Shown here piece by piece: positions 23,403 through 33,905 of a stretch of DNA of 48,012 bases. The notes under the pieces were generated by a model, which did no database searches, was not told the origin of the DNA, and worked only from the letters and a program-made list of their open reading frames with translations. The stretch is taken from the NCBI GenBank assembly GCA_022562175.1, contig JADFPU010000002.1, positions 1-48,012 on the forward strand. The letters run 5' to 3'. A program made the translations under genes and the position numbers. How positions within the stretch are numbered: the first letter of the stretch is position 1; every line of letters begins with the position of its first letter. This DNA comes from Pseudomonadota bacterium (GTDB lineage: Bacteria; Pseudomonadota; Gammaproteobacteria; Eutrophobiales; Eutrophobiaceae).

Positions 23403-25274
23403 ATGTCACGAGAGTTTTCCCTTAAAGATACCAGACGCGAGAAAAGCCTGGTTGCTAGCCGTATTTATGCTGCCGGCCTTATTATGTTGCTACTCGGGTT
23501 GATGCTGCTTGGTCGTATTTTCTATCTGCAAGTTATCAAGCACGAACATTATACAACCTTGTCTCAACACAACCGTGTAAAGATCCTGCCTTTACCACCT
23601 ATCAGAGGACTAATTTTCAGTCGGGATGGGGTTCTGCTTGCTGATAACAAGCCTTCGTTTAGTCTGGAAATAATTCCTGAGCTTGTTGATGATATGGATC
23701 AGATCATCGAGCAACTCGAAAGGATTGTCAGTATCGAACAAACAGATATTAAAAGGTTCAGACAACAATTAAAGAAAAAAAGACGTTTCGAAAGTGTGCC
23801 GTTAAAGTTCAGCTTGACTGATGAAGAGGTGGCACGGGTTTCAGTTAATCGTCATCTGTATCCGGGTGTAGATGTCGTTGCACGTTTGAACCGTTATTAT
23901 CCGGCAGGAGAAAATATTGCACATGCCGTCGGTTACGTAGGCATGATTGATGAGAATGATCTTAAGCAACTCAATAGCTCCAATTACATTGGCACAACTC
24001 ATATCGGCAAGGTTGGGATAGAAAAGGCGTACGAGGATATCCTGCATGGACGTGTGGGCTACCAGCAGGTTGAGGTAAATGCGCAGGGTCGGGTGGTTCG
24101 CGTACTCGATCGAACGCCACCGCAGACCGGCAGGAATATTCATATAACGCTGGATGTTTCCCTGCAAAATGTTGCTGTCGAGGCGTTGGCAGGTAAACGG
24201 GGAGCGATTGTTGCTATCGATCCGCGCGATGGTGGTATCCTGGTGCTGGCCAGTTCACCCAGTTACGATCCAAATTTATTTGTCAATGGAATTGATTTTT
24301 ATTCGTATAATAAATTGCTGACTGAAGGCACTCCTCTTTTAAATCGTGCATTACAGGGTAAATATCCTCCAGGCTCTACTATTAAACCCTTTATCGGACT
24401 TGCTGTCCTTAATCTTGGATTGCGGACTGTATATGATGAAACCTGGTGTCCTGGCTGGTTTACCTTACCGGGTCATGCGCATAGATACCGTGACTGGAAG
24501 AAACAGGGGCATGGTCATGTGAGTCTTTTAAATGCTATTGCACAGTCCTGTGATGTTTATTTTTATACACTGGCCTTTGAGTTGGGGATTAATCGTTTAC
24601 ATACTGCATTGGCAGAGTTTGGTTTTGGCGAAAAAACGGGAATTGATATTGGTGGAGAGTCAGCAGGTTTACTGCCATCACGACAATGGAAACGCAAGGC
24701 TCTGGGGCAGGTATGGTTCCCTGGTGAGACTGTCATAGTCGGTATAGGCCAGGGGGCAGCCTTGACGACTCCGTTGCAATTAGCAACTGCAACGGCAGCA
24801 ATAGCAACTCGTGGCCGCATGATCCAGCCACACTTACTGGACGAAATACATGAGCCTGTTAATAATGAAAATATTGATCTTATTGCCGTTGTTAATAAAT
24901 GGAAAATAAAACTTATAGAAAGCGAATATTGGGATGATATCATCAATGCTATGACAGAGGTTGTTCATGGCACACGGGGTACGGCAAGAGCAACAGGTCT
25001 GAATGCACAATACAGGTTCGCCGGAAAGACCGGCACTGCACAGGTCATAGGTATCGCGCAGGATGAGCAACAGCGGAAGGATGACGAAAAAAAAGATATC
25101 CCGGAAAAATTTCGTGATCATGCTTTATTTATTGCATTTGCGCCTGTTAATGATCCAAAGATTGCTGTTGCTATCGTAATAGAAAACGGCGGCAGCGGAT
25201 CATCAATCGCTGCACCTATTGCACGCCGTTTGTTTGATCATTATCTGGTTAGTGATAATCGTACACAAGGTTAA
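23403..25274 (+). CDS. mrdA: Penicillin-binding protein 2 (elongasome transpeptidase)
   Basis: 623 aa. N-terminal TM helix, STIKP (SxxK) motif, KTGTAQV (KTG) motif. Followed by rodA. Confidence 0.96.
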   Translation: MSREFSLKDTRREKSLVASRIYAAGLIMLLLGLMLLGRIFYLQVIKHEHYTTLSQHNRVKILPLPPIRGLIFSRDGVLLADNKPSFSLEIIPELVDDMDQIIEQLERIVSIEQTDIKRFRQQLKKKRRFESVPLKFSLTDEEVARVSVNRHLYPGVDVVARLNRYYPAGENIAHAVGYVGMIDENDLKQLNSSNYIGTTHIGKVGIEKAYEDILHGRVGYQQVEVNAQGRVVRVLDRTPPQTGRNIHITLDVSLQNVAVEALAGKRGAIVAIDPRDGGILVLASSPSYDPNLFVNGIDFYSYNKLLTEGTPLLNRALQGKYPPGSTIKPFIGLAVLNLGLRTVYDETWCPGWFTLPGHAHRYRDWKKQGHGHVSLLNAIAQSCDVYFYTLAFELGINRLHTALAEFGFGEKTGIDIGGESAGLLPSRQWKRKALGQVWFPGETVIVGIGQGAALTTPLQLATATAAIATRGRMIQPHLLDEIHEPVNNENIDLIAVVNKWKIKLIESEYWDDIINAMTEVVHGTRGTARATGLNAQYRFAGKTGTAQVIGIAQDEQQRKDDEKKDIPEKFRDHALFIAFAPVNDPKIAVAIVIENGGSGSSIAAPIARRLFDHYLVSDNRTQG

Positions 25275-25278
25275 TAGA

Positions 25279-26370
25279 ATGGATGATAGATCCCTGTCAC
25301 AGCGGTTACATATGGATATACCCTTACTGGCAGGCTTGTTGATTTTATCTGGCCTGGGCCTTGTAGTGTTGTACAGTGCAGCAGGACAGGAAAACAGCCT
25401 GATGTATCGGCAGGTCATACGTCTGGCTTTGGCATTTCTGCTTATGTTTATTGTTGCACAATTACCTCCGGCACAATTAGCACGTTGGTCTCTTTTTCTG
25501 TACTTAATCGGTGTGCTGTTGCTGGTGTTGGTACTGTTTCTTGGAGATTACGGCAAGGGAGCGCAACGCTGGCTTGACCTTGGTGTATTTAGATTCCAGC
25601 CTTCAGAATTAATGAAACTGACCGTGCCTATGGTGCTGGCGTGGTATTTCTCGGAGTGGTCACTGCCACCGGCTTTCTCTCGACTGATAGTTGCCTGTGC
25701 TCTTATATTTGTGCCGGTAATATTGATTGGTAAGCAACCGGATCTGGGGACTGCATTTCTGGTTGCAGCGGCCGGTTTTTCAATTTTCTTCATAGCAGGT
25801 ATCAGCTGGAAGATTATCATAAGGTTTGTTGCACTTGCGACGTTATCAACTCCTGTATTATGGTACTTTATGCACGAATACCAGAAACAGAGAGTACTGA
25901 CTTTTCTTAACCCGGAGCAGGATCCGTTGGGCGCAGGTTATCATATTATCCAATCGAAAATTGCTATTGGCTCAGGTGGCATGTATGGAAAAGGCTGGCT
26001 AAACGGTACACAGTCTCACCTTGAATTTCTTCCTGAACGTTCAACAGACTTTATATTCTCTGTCTTTTGTGAAGAGTTTGGCTACATGGGTGTGTTAATA
26101 CTTGTTTGTATTTATATGTTTATTATTGTAAGAGGCTTGTATATTGCGATGAACTCGCAGCATACCTATGGTCGTTTGCTAGGTAGTGCCATTATACTTA
26201 CATTTTTTGTCTATATTTTTGTCAATATAGGGATGGTAACGGGACAACTACCTGTAGTCGGAGTGCCATTGCCACTGATCAGTCATGGAGGCACATCGAT
26301 GGTCACTCTGATGATCGGCTTTGGGATATTAATGGCTATACAATCGCACAGGCGTCTATTGTCAGGCTAA
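25279..26370 (+). CDS. rodA: Peptidoglycan glycosyltransferase RodA (SEDS family)
   Basis: Polytopic SEDS protein (QPSELMKL, PERSTDFIFSVFCEEFG, GVPLPLISHGGTS). ATG 25279 lies just after the mrdA stop. The track start at 25219 is an in-frame extension into mrdA. Confidence 0.95.
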   Translation: MDDRSLSQRLHMDIPLLAGLLILSGLGLVVLYSAAGQENSLMYRQVIRLALAFLLMFIVAQLPPAQLARWSLFLYLIGVLLLVLVLFLGDYGKGAQRWLDLGVFRFQPSELMKLTVPMVLAWYFSEWSLPPAFSRLIVACALIFVPVILIGKQPDLGTAFLVAAAGFSIFFIAGISWKIIIRFVALATLSTPVLWYFMHEYQKQRVLTFLNPEQDPLGAGYHIIQSKIAIGSGGMYGKGWLNGTQSHLEFLPERSTDFIFSVFCEEFGYMGVLILVCIYMFIIVRGLYIAMNSQHTYGRLLGSAIILTFFVYIFVNIGMVTGQLPVVGVPLPLISHGGTSMVTLMIGFGILMAIQSHRRLLSG

Positions 26371-27360
26371 ATGTTTTCGCTGATAAAAAAAACAGTACTA
26401 ATTTTGTTTGTAGTTTCTGGCATTGATGCTCAAGCGTCTATTATTGATCGCGATGATGTCAAGGCGTTTATCAATAGTATGGTTGTTGAGCATGGATTTG
26501 AGCTAGATGCACTTAATGCTGTATTTAAGCGTATTAAATTATCAGCATCCATTGTCAAAGCAATTTCCAGTCCGGCAGAAGCATTGCCATGGTATAAATA
26601 CAGACCCATATTTCTGAAGACTAATCGGATAAATCTGGGTGTGGAGTTCTGGGCAAAACACAAAATTGACCTTGCTAAAGCCGAAAAACAATATGGTGTG
26701 CCGGCGGAAATTATTGTTGCCATTATAGGTGTTGAAACACGATATGGAAAAAACGTAGGCAAGTACAAGGTGATTAACTCGCTTGCGACACTTGCGTTTA
26801 ATTATCCAGCAAGGGCCGGTTTTTTCAAAAAGGAGTTGCAACATTACCTGTTGCTTGTCAGGGAGCAGGGTATTGATCCTCATGCTATCAAGGGATCGTA
26901 TGCAGGTGCTATGGGAATCCCACAATTTATTTCCAGTAGTTACCGGCATTATGCCGTTGATTTTGATAATGATGGTTTGATTGATATATGGAAAAACCCG
27001 GCCGATGCGATCGGCAGTGTAGCAAATTATTTCAAGGTACATGGTTGGAAAGCCGGCCGAATGATTGCAGAACCTGCTCATATTAAAGGCAGGATGTATA
27101 TACAATTACTGTCGAATGAATTAAAACCGGAATTACCGGTAGTGGATCTGGCAGGTTTTGGTATTACTGCTGAAAATGATTTGCCTGCAGGAGAAAAGGT
27201 AAAGCTGCTTGAGCTAGAAAATGCAAATGGTAGTGAGTATTGGCTGGGTTTTGAAAATTTCTATGTCATTACCCGTTATAATCATAGTCTGCTATATGCC
27301 ATGGCGGTTTATCAGTTAGCAATGGAAATACGCCTGAAATATGTAGCAGAAGTAGCATAA
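26371..27360 (+). CDS. mltB: Lytic murein transglycosylase B family
   Basis: 329 aa. Signal peptide, GVETRYG catalytic-Glu motif, GAMGIPQFISSSY. The position after rodA matches Pseudomonas-type clusters. Confidence 0.88.
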   Translation: MFSLIKKTVLILFVVSGIDAQASIIDRDDVKAFINSMVVEHGFELDALNAVFKRIKLSASIVKAISSPAEALPWYKYRPIFLKTNRINLGVEFWAKHKIDLAKAEKQYGVPAEIIVAIIGVETRYGKNVGKYKVINSLATLAFNYPARAGFFKKELQHYLLLVREQGIDPHAIKGSYAGAMGIPQFISSSYRHYAVDFDNDGLIDIWKNPADAIGSVANYFKVHGWKAGRMIAEPAHIKGRMYIQLLSNELKPELPVVDLAGFGITAENDLPAGEKVKLLELENANGSEYWLGFENFYVITRYNHSLLYAMAVYQLAMEIRLKYVAEVA

Positions 27361-27408
27361 AATATTTAATTCTGTGCCTTGGCGCATAGTATAATCTGAT
27401 CATACGTT

Positions 27409-28218
27409 TTGGAAAAAATAATAAACAGAATAAATCTGTATAGTGTCGTTATTACAATCCTGTCAGGGTGTTCGGTAAGTTATGAGAAGGATGAAGACAG
27501 CGGTCCCATGCCAGGATCTGTAGATGTTTCTTCCATTCCGAATGCTATACCCAGGGTTGAACCAAAAAGTAGATATGGAAACCCGAAATCATATGTTGTC
27601 AGAGGTAATCGCTATTATGTAATGAATGATAGTGAGGGATTTGTTCAACGTGGCGTTGCTTCATGGTATGGAAAAAAATTTCATGGGCGCAGGACATCAA
27701 GTGGTGAAAGCTACGACATGTATGCGATGACCGCTGCACATAAAACACTACCTTTGCCAACCTATCTTGAAGTATTAAACCTGAGAAATGGCAAGAAGAT
27801 AATTGTAAAAGCCAACGACAGGGGTCCCTTTCATGAAAACAGAATTATTGATCTGTCATATACTGCTGCAGAAAAACTGGGGATCGTGCAGGAAGGCACC
27901 GGGCTGGTAGAGATCAGGGCAATAAATCCGAAAACCTATGGTCAGAGAAGAGCACCTGTCACTACAGTGGTAAACTATAGATCCAGGGAGTTATATATAC
28001 AGGCAGGCTCATTCAAACAACTGCTTAACGCAGAGAATTTACACAAGGCATTGGCAGAAGATGATGGGCGACTGGTTAATATCAGCGAGGTTATTATAAA
28101 CGGTCAGCCGGTATACCGTGTACGGATTGGGCCGATTACCGACATTGACACTGCTGACAGGATAGTTTTCAGCCTGAGCAAGCATGGTATAGATGATCAT
28201 CGTTTTGTGTTTGACTAG
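27409..28218 (+). CDS. rlpA: Septal ring lytic transglycosylase RlpA (lipoprotein with DPBB and SPOR domains)
   Basis: TTG start (uncertain). Lipobox ILSGC. DPBB core GVASWYGKKFHGRRTSSGE...AAHKTLPLPTYLEV. C-terminal SPOR-like YIQAGSF...YRVRIGP. Confidence 0.9.
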   Translation: MEKIINRINLYSVVITILSGCSVSYEKDEDSGPMPGSVDVSSIPNAIPRVEPKSRYGNPKSYVVRGNRYYVMNDSEGFVQRGVASWYGKKFHGRRTSSGESYDMYAMTAAHKTLPLPTYLEVLNLRNGKKIIVKANDRGPFHENRIIDLSYTAAEKLGIVQEGTGLVEIRAINPKTYGQRRAPVTTVVNYRSRELYIQAGSFKQLLNAENLHKALAEDDGRLVNISEVIINGQPVYRVRIGPITDIDTADRIVFSLSKHGIDDHRFVFD

Positions 28219-28284
28219 GAGTCTGTCCTGGGCAATGCAGAAATCATATCGCTGAAAAAAATTGTTTTTGGAACTAATGATTAA

Positions 28285-29439
28285 ATGAGGAATGAAATGA
28301 CATATCGAGTTTTTTGCATGATTATTTTCCTGGTTTCTGCAAGCCTTGCATCAGATGTAACTGTCGCGGCAGTGGTGCCTGCACCTCCCAAGGCCAAAGC
28401 CACATCTTATCTGGTTATGGATCATCATAGTGGTCGTATGCTGGTAGCGGAAAATATTGATGAGCGAGTTGAGCCGGCAAGCCTGACGAAAATGATGACG
28501 GCATATGTTACAGCAAGTGAACTGGCTGACGGCAATATCAGTCTGGATGATATGGTAGTGGTAAGTGAGAAGGCCTGGCGTATGCAAGGATCCAGAATGT
28601 TTATTGAAGTCAATACAGAAGTATCAGTCAACGACTTGCTGAAAGGAATAATCATTCAGTCTGGAAATGATGCAAGTATTGCTCTTGCCGAACATATCGC
28701 CGGTAGTGAGGAGGTGTTTGTAGAGATTATGAATCAACATGCAGATAAATTGTTCATGACAGGCACAAAATTCATGAATGCTACTGGTTTACCTGATGCA
28801 AATCATTATACAACGGCCAGAGATATGGCGACTCTGGCAGCAGCTTTAATAAGGGATCATCCGGAGATATATGCATGGCATGCAATACGTGAATTTACCT
28901 ATAATGGAATAAGGCAGCAAAACCGTAATAGTATGTTGTGGCGTGATGAAGGCGTCGATGGTGTTAAGACCGGCCATACCGATAGTGCCGGTTTTTGTCT
29001 TGTCACGTCGGCAAAGCGTGGTGATACGCGGCTTGTTTCAGTCGTGATGGGTAGCGATGGTAAAAAAGCCCGTCTTCGGGTTACACAGGCAATTATGAAT
29101 TATTCATTCCGTTACTACGAAACTCACAAGCTCTATTCTGCTGATGAAATAATCACAACAAGAAAGGTCTGGAAAGGAAATTCCGAAGCAATAGGCCTTG
29201 GGGTCGTCGATAATCTGTATATCACCATCCCCAGGGGTAAATACAAGTTACTTGATGCATCTATTGAACTTGGCGAGAGTATTATAGCTCCGGTAGGTAA
29301 AGGTGATATACAGGGTAGTCTCCGCGTGATTCTGGAAGGCAAGGAGTTAATCAATAAGCCGCTTGTGGCACTGCAATCTATCGATGAGGGAAGCATATTT
29401 GTACGCTTCAAGGACGGCATAATGTTGCTGTTAGAGTAG
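28285..29439 (+). CDS. dacC: D-alanyl-D-alanine carboxypeptidase (PBP5/6 class)
   Basis: 384 aa. Signal peptide, SLTK (SxxK), SGN and KTGHT motifs, and a C-terminal PBP5 beta domain. Confidence 0.93.
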   Translation: MRNEMTYRVFCMIIFLVSASLASDVTVAAVVPAPPKAKATSYLVMDHHSGRMLVAENIDERVEPASLTKMMTAYVTASELADGNISLDDMVVVSEKAWRMQGSRMFIEVNTEVSVNDLLKGIIIQSGNDASIALAEHIAGSEEVFVEIMNQHADKLFMTGTKFMNATGLPDANHYTTARDMATLAAALIRDHPEIYAWHAIREFTYNGIRQQNRNSMLWRDEGVDGVKTGHTDSAGFCLVTSAKRGDTRLVSVVMGSDGKKARLRVTQAIMNYSFRYYETHKLYSADEIITTRKVWKGNSEAIGLGVVDNLYITIPRGKYKLLDASIELGESIIAPVGKGDIQGSLRVILEGKELINKPLVALQSIDEGSIFVRFKDGIMLLLE

Positions 29440-29441
29440 CC

Positions 29442-30272
29442 ATGTCTATCGTGTTTCTAAACGGGGTATTTTTAGCTCAAGAAGACGCCCTGGTGTCGGT
29501 AATGGATAGAGGGTTTACCTTTGGTGATGGTATATACGAAATTATCCCTTTTTTTTCTGGCGAGCCATTAAGATTTTCCCAGCACATTTCACGCTTGAAT
29601 GACAGCCTCTCCGCTATTCAAATTAATAGCCCTTATACAGAGGCCGAATGGAAAGACATAATTACTGAGGTGATAAACAGAAACCCTGTTACAACCAATC
29701 TGTCCTTGTATATTCAGATAACTCGTGGCGTGGGTGAGCGAGAACATATATACGACAATGATCTCAAGCCAACTGTATTTGTAATGTGCAAGCCGATTAT
29801 CGACAGAGATTTCAGTGCCGGCGTTAGTGTAATTACGCATGAAGACATACGTTGGCAATATTGTCATATAAAGGCAATATCATTACTTGCTGGTATTTTA
29901 CTGAAGAAATTAGCGTCAGAGAAAGACGGTTCTTTTGAAGCAATATTGATCAGGGGCGGTATTGTTACGGAAGGGGTAGCGAGTAATGTCTTTGTTATAA
30001 AGGATAAAGTTGTCAAAACACCTGCAAAAGACGGCAGCGTATTAGCTGGCATAACAAGGGACTTATTGCTTGAATTGATGTATAAATCCGGGCTTGAATG
30101 TATGGAAACAACAGTTACTGAAAAGGCATTGAAAAAAGCTGATGAAATCTGGATAACCAGCTCGACAATGGGGGTTGTCCCGGTAGTTAAACTTGACGGA
30201 GAAATTGTGGGGAATGGTAAACCAGGTAAAGTCTGGGAGCAGGCAAATAGTCTGTATGAAACATTTAAATAG
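29442..30272 (+). CDS. dat: D-amino-acid (D-alanine) aminotransferase, fold-type IV PLP enzyme
   Basis: 276 aa. DRGFTFGDGIYE, EDIRWQYCHIKAISLL (catalytic Lys), TEGVASNVF and GITR motifs are collinear with Bacillus Dat as I recall it. Confidence 0.85.
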   Translation: MSIVFLNGVFLAQEDALVSVMDRGFTFGDGIYEIIPFFSGEPLRFSQHISRLNDSLSAIQINSPYTEAEWKDIITEVINRNPVTTNLSLYIQITRGVGEREHIYDNDLKPTVFVMCKPIIDRDFSAGVSVITHEDIRWQYCHIKAISLLAGILLKKLASEKDGSFEAILIRGGIVTEGVASNVFVIKDKVVKTPAKDGSVLAGITRDLLLELMYKSGLECMETTVTEKALKKADEIWITSSTMGVVPVVKLDGEIVGNGKPGKVWEQANSLYETFK

Positions 30273-30309
30273 AATGATGTATCTGTATTCTATTGTCTGG
30301 CCGCTGGGT

Positions 30310-31083
30310 TTATGTCTTGATTCCGATCCCTCTGTTTAACAGAAACAAGCAGAGTCCAGTCAGTGCCAGGATGAATAATATGATGATTATAAAGGCTGTA
30401 ACGATATTAATATCCGATACCCCGAGCATGCCATAACGAAAAGCATTGACCATATATAAAATCGGATTGAATCTTGAGACGGTTTGCCAGAATTGCGGTA
30501 GTAATTCAATTGAATAAAATATACCGCCAAGGTAAATCAACGGTGTCAGAATAAATGTTGGTATAATTGTAATATCATCGAATCTATTCGCAAAAATACC
30601 GTTTAATAGGCCCGCCAGTGAAAACAACATTGCTGTGAGAAATACCACAGCAAATACAATGAAATAATTATGCACATGTAGTTCGGTAAAAAAAAGTGCA
30701 ACAATAGTCACGACAAACCCGACAAGCAGGCCCCTGACAATCCCGCCTGTAATGTAACCGGCGAGAATTATGATATACGGTACAGGCGCTATAAGTATCT
30801 CCTCAATATGCCTTTGATATTTTGCGCCAAAAAAAGATGATACAACATTAGCGTATGAATTATTAATAATAGACATCATGATTATTCCCGGACTGATAAA
30901 AGCCATATAATCAAAGCCACCCATCTTGCCGATACGTGGTCCTATCAAACTACCAAAGATGATGAAGTAGAGAGTCATGCTCACTGCAGGCGGGAGAACT
31001 GTCTGGATCCATATCCTTGTGAATCGACTTACCTCTTTAACGACAATTGTATTATAAGCAATTAAATACTGTTCGGTATTCAT
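30310..31083 (-). CDS. ABC-2 type transporter permease (YadH-like)
   Basis: 257 aa with about 6 predicted TM helices. Immediately downstream of a YadG-like ATPase. Confidence 0.85.
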   Translation of the reverse strand: MNTEQYLIAYNTIVVKEVSRFTRIWIQTVLPPAVSMTLYFIIFGSLIGPRIGKMGGFDYMAFISPGIIMMSIINNSYANVVSSFFGAKYQRHIEEILIAPVPYIIILAGYITGGIVRGLLVGFVVTIVALFFTELHVHNYFIVFAVVFLTAMLFSLAGLLNGIFANRFDDITIIPTFILTPLIYLGGIFYSIELLPQFWQTVSRFNPILYMVNAFRYGMLGVSDINIVTAFIIIILFILALTGLCLFLLNRGIGIKT

Positions 31084-31114
31084 ACAGATATTATGATTAT
31101 AATTAGCATGCTGA

Positions 31115-32023
31115 TTATATATTCAGAAGTCTGATAAAGAGTTCCTCAAGGCGGCTTGACTTGTTACGCATACTGCTGACCCGAATATTATGCTTGGTCA
31201 AAATATAAAACAGCTCATTGATAGTGTTGCCTTTTATCAGATCTGCTTCAATTGTGAGCGGGTCTATTAAACGCAAAGTAAACTTGTCTATCGATGGCAG
31301 TTGACTGACAGGAGCTTCCAGATCCAGCACAAAAGTTTCTATATTTAGTTTGCCGAGGAGTTGCCTCATTGAAGTATGTTCAATGATTAGTCCTTTATCT
31401 ATAATGGCGATATTCTTGCAAAGATTCTCGGCCTCCTCCAGATAATGTGTTGTCAGCAGTATGGTTGTACCGTTACTGTTGATTTCTTTCAAAAAATCCC
31501 ACATGGAACGCCGTAGTTCCACATCAACGCCTGCAGTCGGCTCGTCGAGTATCAGCATCCTTGGTTCATTTATGAGTGCTCTTGCAATCATAAGCCGGCG
31601 CTTCAGACCACCTGACAGGGTTCGTGAGATATCATGACGTCTGTCCCACAAGCCTAATTCGCCGAGATATTTTTCAGCCCGTTTCAGCGCAACGTGACGT
31701 TTGATTCCATAGTAACCGGCCTGGTTTAATACTATCTCCTGACATGTCTCAAATTGGGAAAAGTTCAGTTCCTGAGGTACTATTCCCAGACAGGATTTGA
31801 CTTGAGAAATATGCATATCCAGATCAAACCCGAAAATGCTGATTTTCCCACTATTTTTGTTCACCAGCGAAGAAATGATGCCGATAGTTGTAGATTTTCC
31901 TGCACCATTTGGACCCAGTAAGGCAAAGAAGTCAGCTTCATCAACCTGTAAGTCAATACCTTTCAGGGCATGCAATCCGTTGGCGTAGGTCTTTTCCAGG
32001 TTTTTAATTTCCAGAGCGTTCAT
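31115..32023 (-). CDS. ABC transporter ATP-binding protein (YadG-like)
   Basis: Walker A GPNGAGKST, signature LSGGLKRR, Walker B MLILDEPT, H-loop TTHY. 302 aa with a C-terminal regulatory extension. Confidence 0.93.
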   Translation of the reverse strand: MNALEIKNLEKTYANGLHALKGIDLQVDEADFFALLGPNGAGKSTTIGIISSLVNKNSGKISIFGFDLDMHISQVKSCLGIVPQELNFSQFETCQEIVLNQAGYYGIKRHVALKRAEKYLGELGLWDRRHDISRTLSGGLKRRLMIARALINEPRMLILDEPTAGVDVELRRSMWDFLKEINSNGTTILLTTHYLEEAENLCKNIAIIDKGLIIEHTSMRQLLGKLNIETFVLDLEAPVSQLPSIDKFTLRLIDPLTIEADLIKGNTINELFYILTKHNIRVSSMRNKSSRLEELFIRLLNI

Positions 32024-32137
32024 TATTATTTGAGAATTAGTTTAGCTTTCTATTCTCGGGCAGGCTCTCGGCATATACCGGAAGTCTCTGAAGAAGCAGT
32101 TGGGATAATAGAATATTAAAAAAACCAGCACTAAAAA

Positions 32138-33013
32138 TTATTTTTGTATTTGATCTATTTCCTTTTTCTGTGCAGAACCAATTTTCTGTAAAGATTGCAG
32201 AAGTTTGCTATCCCGGTTCAGCAGGAGCCGAAAATATGACTTTTTTACTCGTATTAACTTAACTTTTTCATCACTTCTTGCATAAGCATTTCTCAGGCCT
32301 GAACTACCAGGCATTAATGCCTGTTCGCCAAAATAATTTCCTCGAGTGTGCTTAGCCAGGATAACTATTTTGCCATCATCATCAAGCGTGAAAATTTCAA
32401 CAGTTCCGTCAAGGACAACATACAGACAATCACCCAATTCAGATTCCTTTAGTACAAAATCACCCGGACCAACAGTCAGAGTGTCTGTCCAACTAGCAAC
32501 TGATGATAATTCTTCCTCACCCAGGCTTCTAAACAAACGCATGTCTTTAAGAAGTCCTTGTACCTCTTTATCCAGATAGGATGTGTCAGTAACCGGCACG
32601 GTAATATCGTCAGATCCTTTAAAATCCTTTTCAAGGCCTATATGCACATGTTTTTTATCGATTTTGAACAGTTTTGTCGGGAAGTAGGAGCGTACAGTGG
32701 CATTTCGTCTGCCGGTCCGGTCTGCCACACTGAGAGCTTGTTCGCCAAAGAAGTCACCTTCACGTAGTGTTGCGACGGTAATCTCCCTGTTACTGGGACC
32801 ACCTCGAATGGAGACCTCCACGGTGCCTTCCAGTATTATATACATACAATCTCCAATTTCTGATTCTTTGATGATCACCTCCTTTTGCGCATATTCCTCT
32901 ATGCTGTTATCTGGAGAATTTATAATTTCCATTAATGCTGCATCTGAAAGCGAATCGAAAACTGGGATCTTACGCAGTATTTCAGGGTCATTCAGTTGTT
33001 CAGCCATTAGCAT
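32138..33013 (-). CDS. Stand-alone protein with two tandem cyclic-nucleotide-binding domains
   Basis: Two CNB modules, each with a phosphate-binding cassette: GDFFGEQAL...GRRNATVRS and GNYFGEQAL...GLRNAYARS. No DNA-binding or enzymatic output domain is visible. 291 aa. Confidence 0.85.
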   Translation of the reverse strand: MLMAEQLNDPEILRKIPVFDSLSDAALMEIINSPDNSIEEYAQKEVIIKESEIGDCMYIILEGTVEVSIRGGPSNREITVATLREGDFFGEQALSVADRTGRRNATVRSYFPTKLFKIDKKHVHIGLEKDFKGSDDITVPVTDTSYLDKEVQGLLKDMRLFRSLGEEELSSVASWTDTLTVGPGDFVLKESELGDCLYVVLDGTVEIFTLDDDGKIVILAKHTRGNYFGEQALMPGSSGLRNAYARSDEKVKLIRVKKSYFRLLLNRDSKLLQSLQKIGSAQKKEIDQIQK

Positions 33014-33094
33014 ACTGCTCCATTATTTTTTACTGGTGTAGTGAATGAATATTGATTTCATTGACCGTGCACAAGACCGTCCTTGCTGCGATGC

Positions 33095-33475
33095 CTAGTT
33101 CTTGCCTTTAAATGCCCTGACGGCGGAGTTAAATAATTCGGCAACGGCATTCATATCATCGACAATCTTATTGTGGAAAATGATGGCAACGGCTGCATGC
33201 TCTTCCGATTTTTCCTTTCCCCAGCCTTTCTCAATCTTTTTCAGGCATTCAATGTATTGATCACCCTTTGCCAGGAAGGCCTTCATGGTCTTTTGTGCGA
33301 CAATCATTTCCGCTTCAGTGGACTTTCTGCCATTGGGAATAGTGGGTCGTTCGGGGTACTTGCATTTTTCCACCAGTTGCCCGGATGCTGACTCAGCGGA
33401 GTCAGGTTCCGCCATACAGGTAGTTGCCACGGAAAAACTTAAAATTAAAGCCAAAAATAGTGTCAGTGATCGCAT
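33095..33475 (-). CDS. Hypothetical small secreted/periplasmic protein (2 Cys)
   Basis: 126 aa. Cleavable signal peptide (MRSLTLFLALILSFSVATTCMA). Charged helical mature part. No family recognised. Confidence 0.6.
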   Translation of the reverse strand: MRSLTLFLALILSFSVATTCMAEPDSAESASGQLVEKCKYPERPTIPNGRKSTEAEMIVAQKTMKAFLAKGDQYIECLKKIEKGWGKEKSEEHAAVAIIFHNKIVDDMNAVAELFNSAVRAFKGKN

Positions 33476-33617
33476 CTGCTTTCCCCATTAATTGAAACTT
33501 GTACTGCCCTTTTTCTTCATAATTTTTAAGAAATAGCGCAAATTTGCCTATAAAAGACTGGATATGTCCCTATAATCCGGGACGCTTTATGTTAACCTTT
33601 TTATTATACGAATTAAA

Positions 33618-33905
33618 ATGCAAATGGAACAAGGTGTAATGATAACTGATGAGCAAATAATGTCCTTTCCCTGTGAATTCCCGATCAAGGCGATGGGAAA
33701 AACTGCGGAAGACTTCGATGCACTGATCGTCGGCATCGTCCGCAAACATTCAGCCGATATGCTTGAAGGGGCAGTGAAATCCCGTCTCAGCAAAAACGGC
33801 AGGTTTGTCTCGGTAACAGTCACCATAGAAGCACAAAGTCGTGAACAACTCGATAACATCTATCTGGAGCTGACTGCCAGTGACAAGGTGTTAATGGCAT
33901 TATGA
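33618..33905 (+). CDS. ybeD: YbeD/DUF493 family protein
   Basis: [12 protein letters not shown] motif and about 90 aa size. Conserved position directly upstream of lipB (ATGA overlap). The start could be an internal ATG (33624 or 33639). Confidence 0.88.
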   Translation: MQMEQGVMITDEQIMSFPCEFPIKAMGKTAEDFDALIVGIVRKHSADMLEGAVKSRLSKNGRFVSVTVTIEAQSREQLDNIYLELTASDKVLMAL

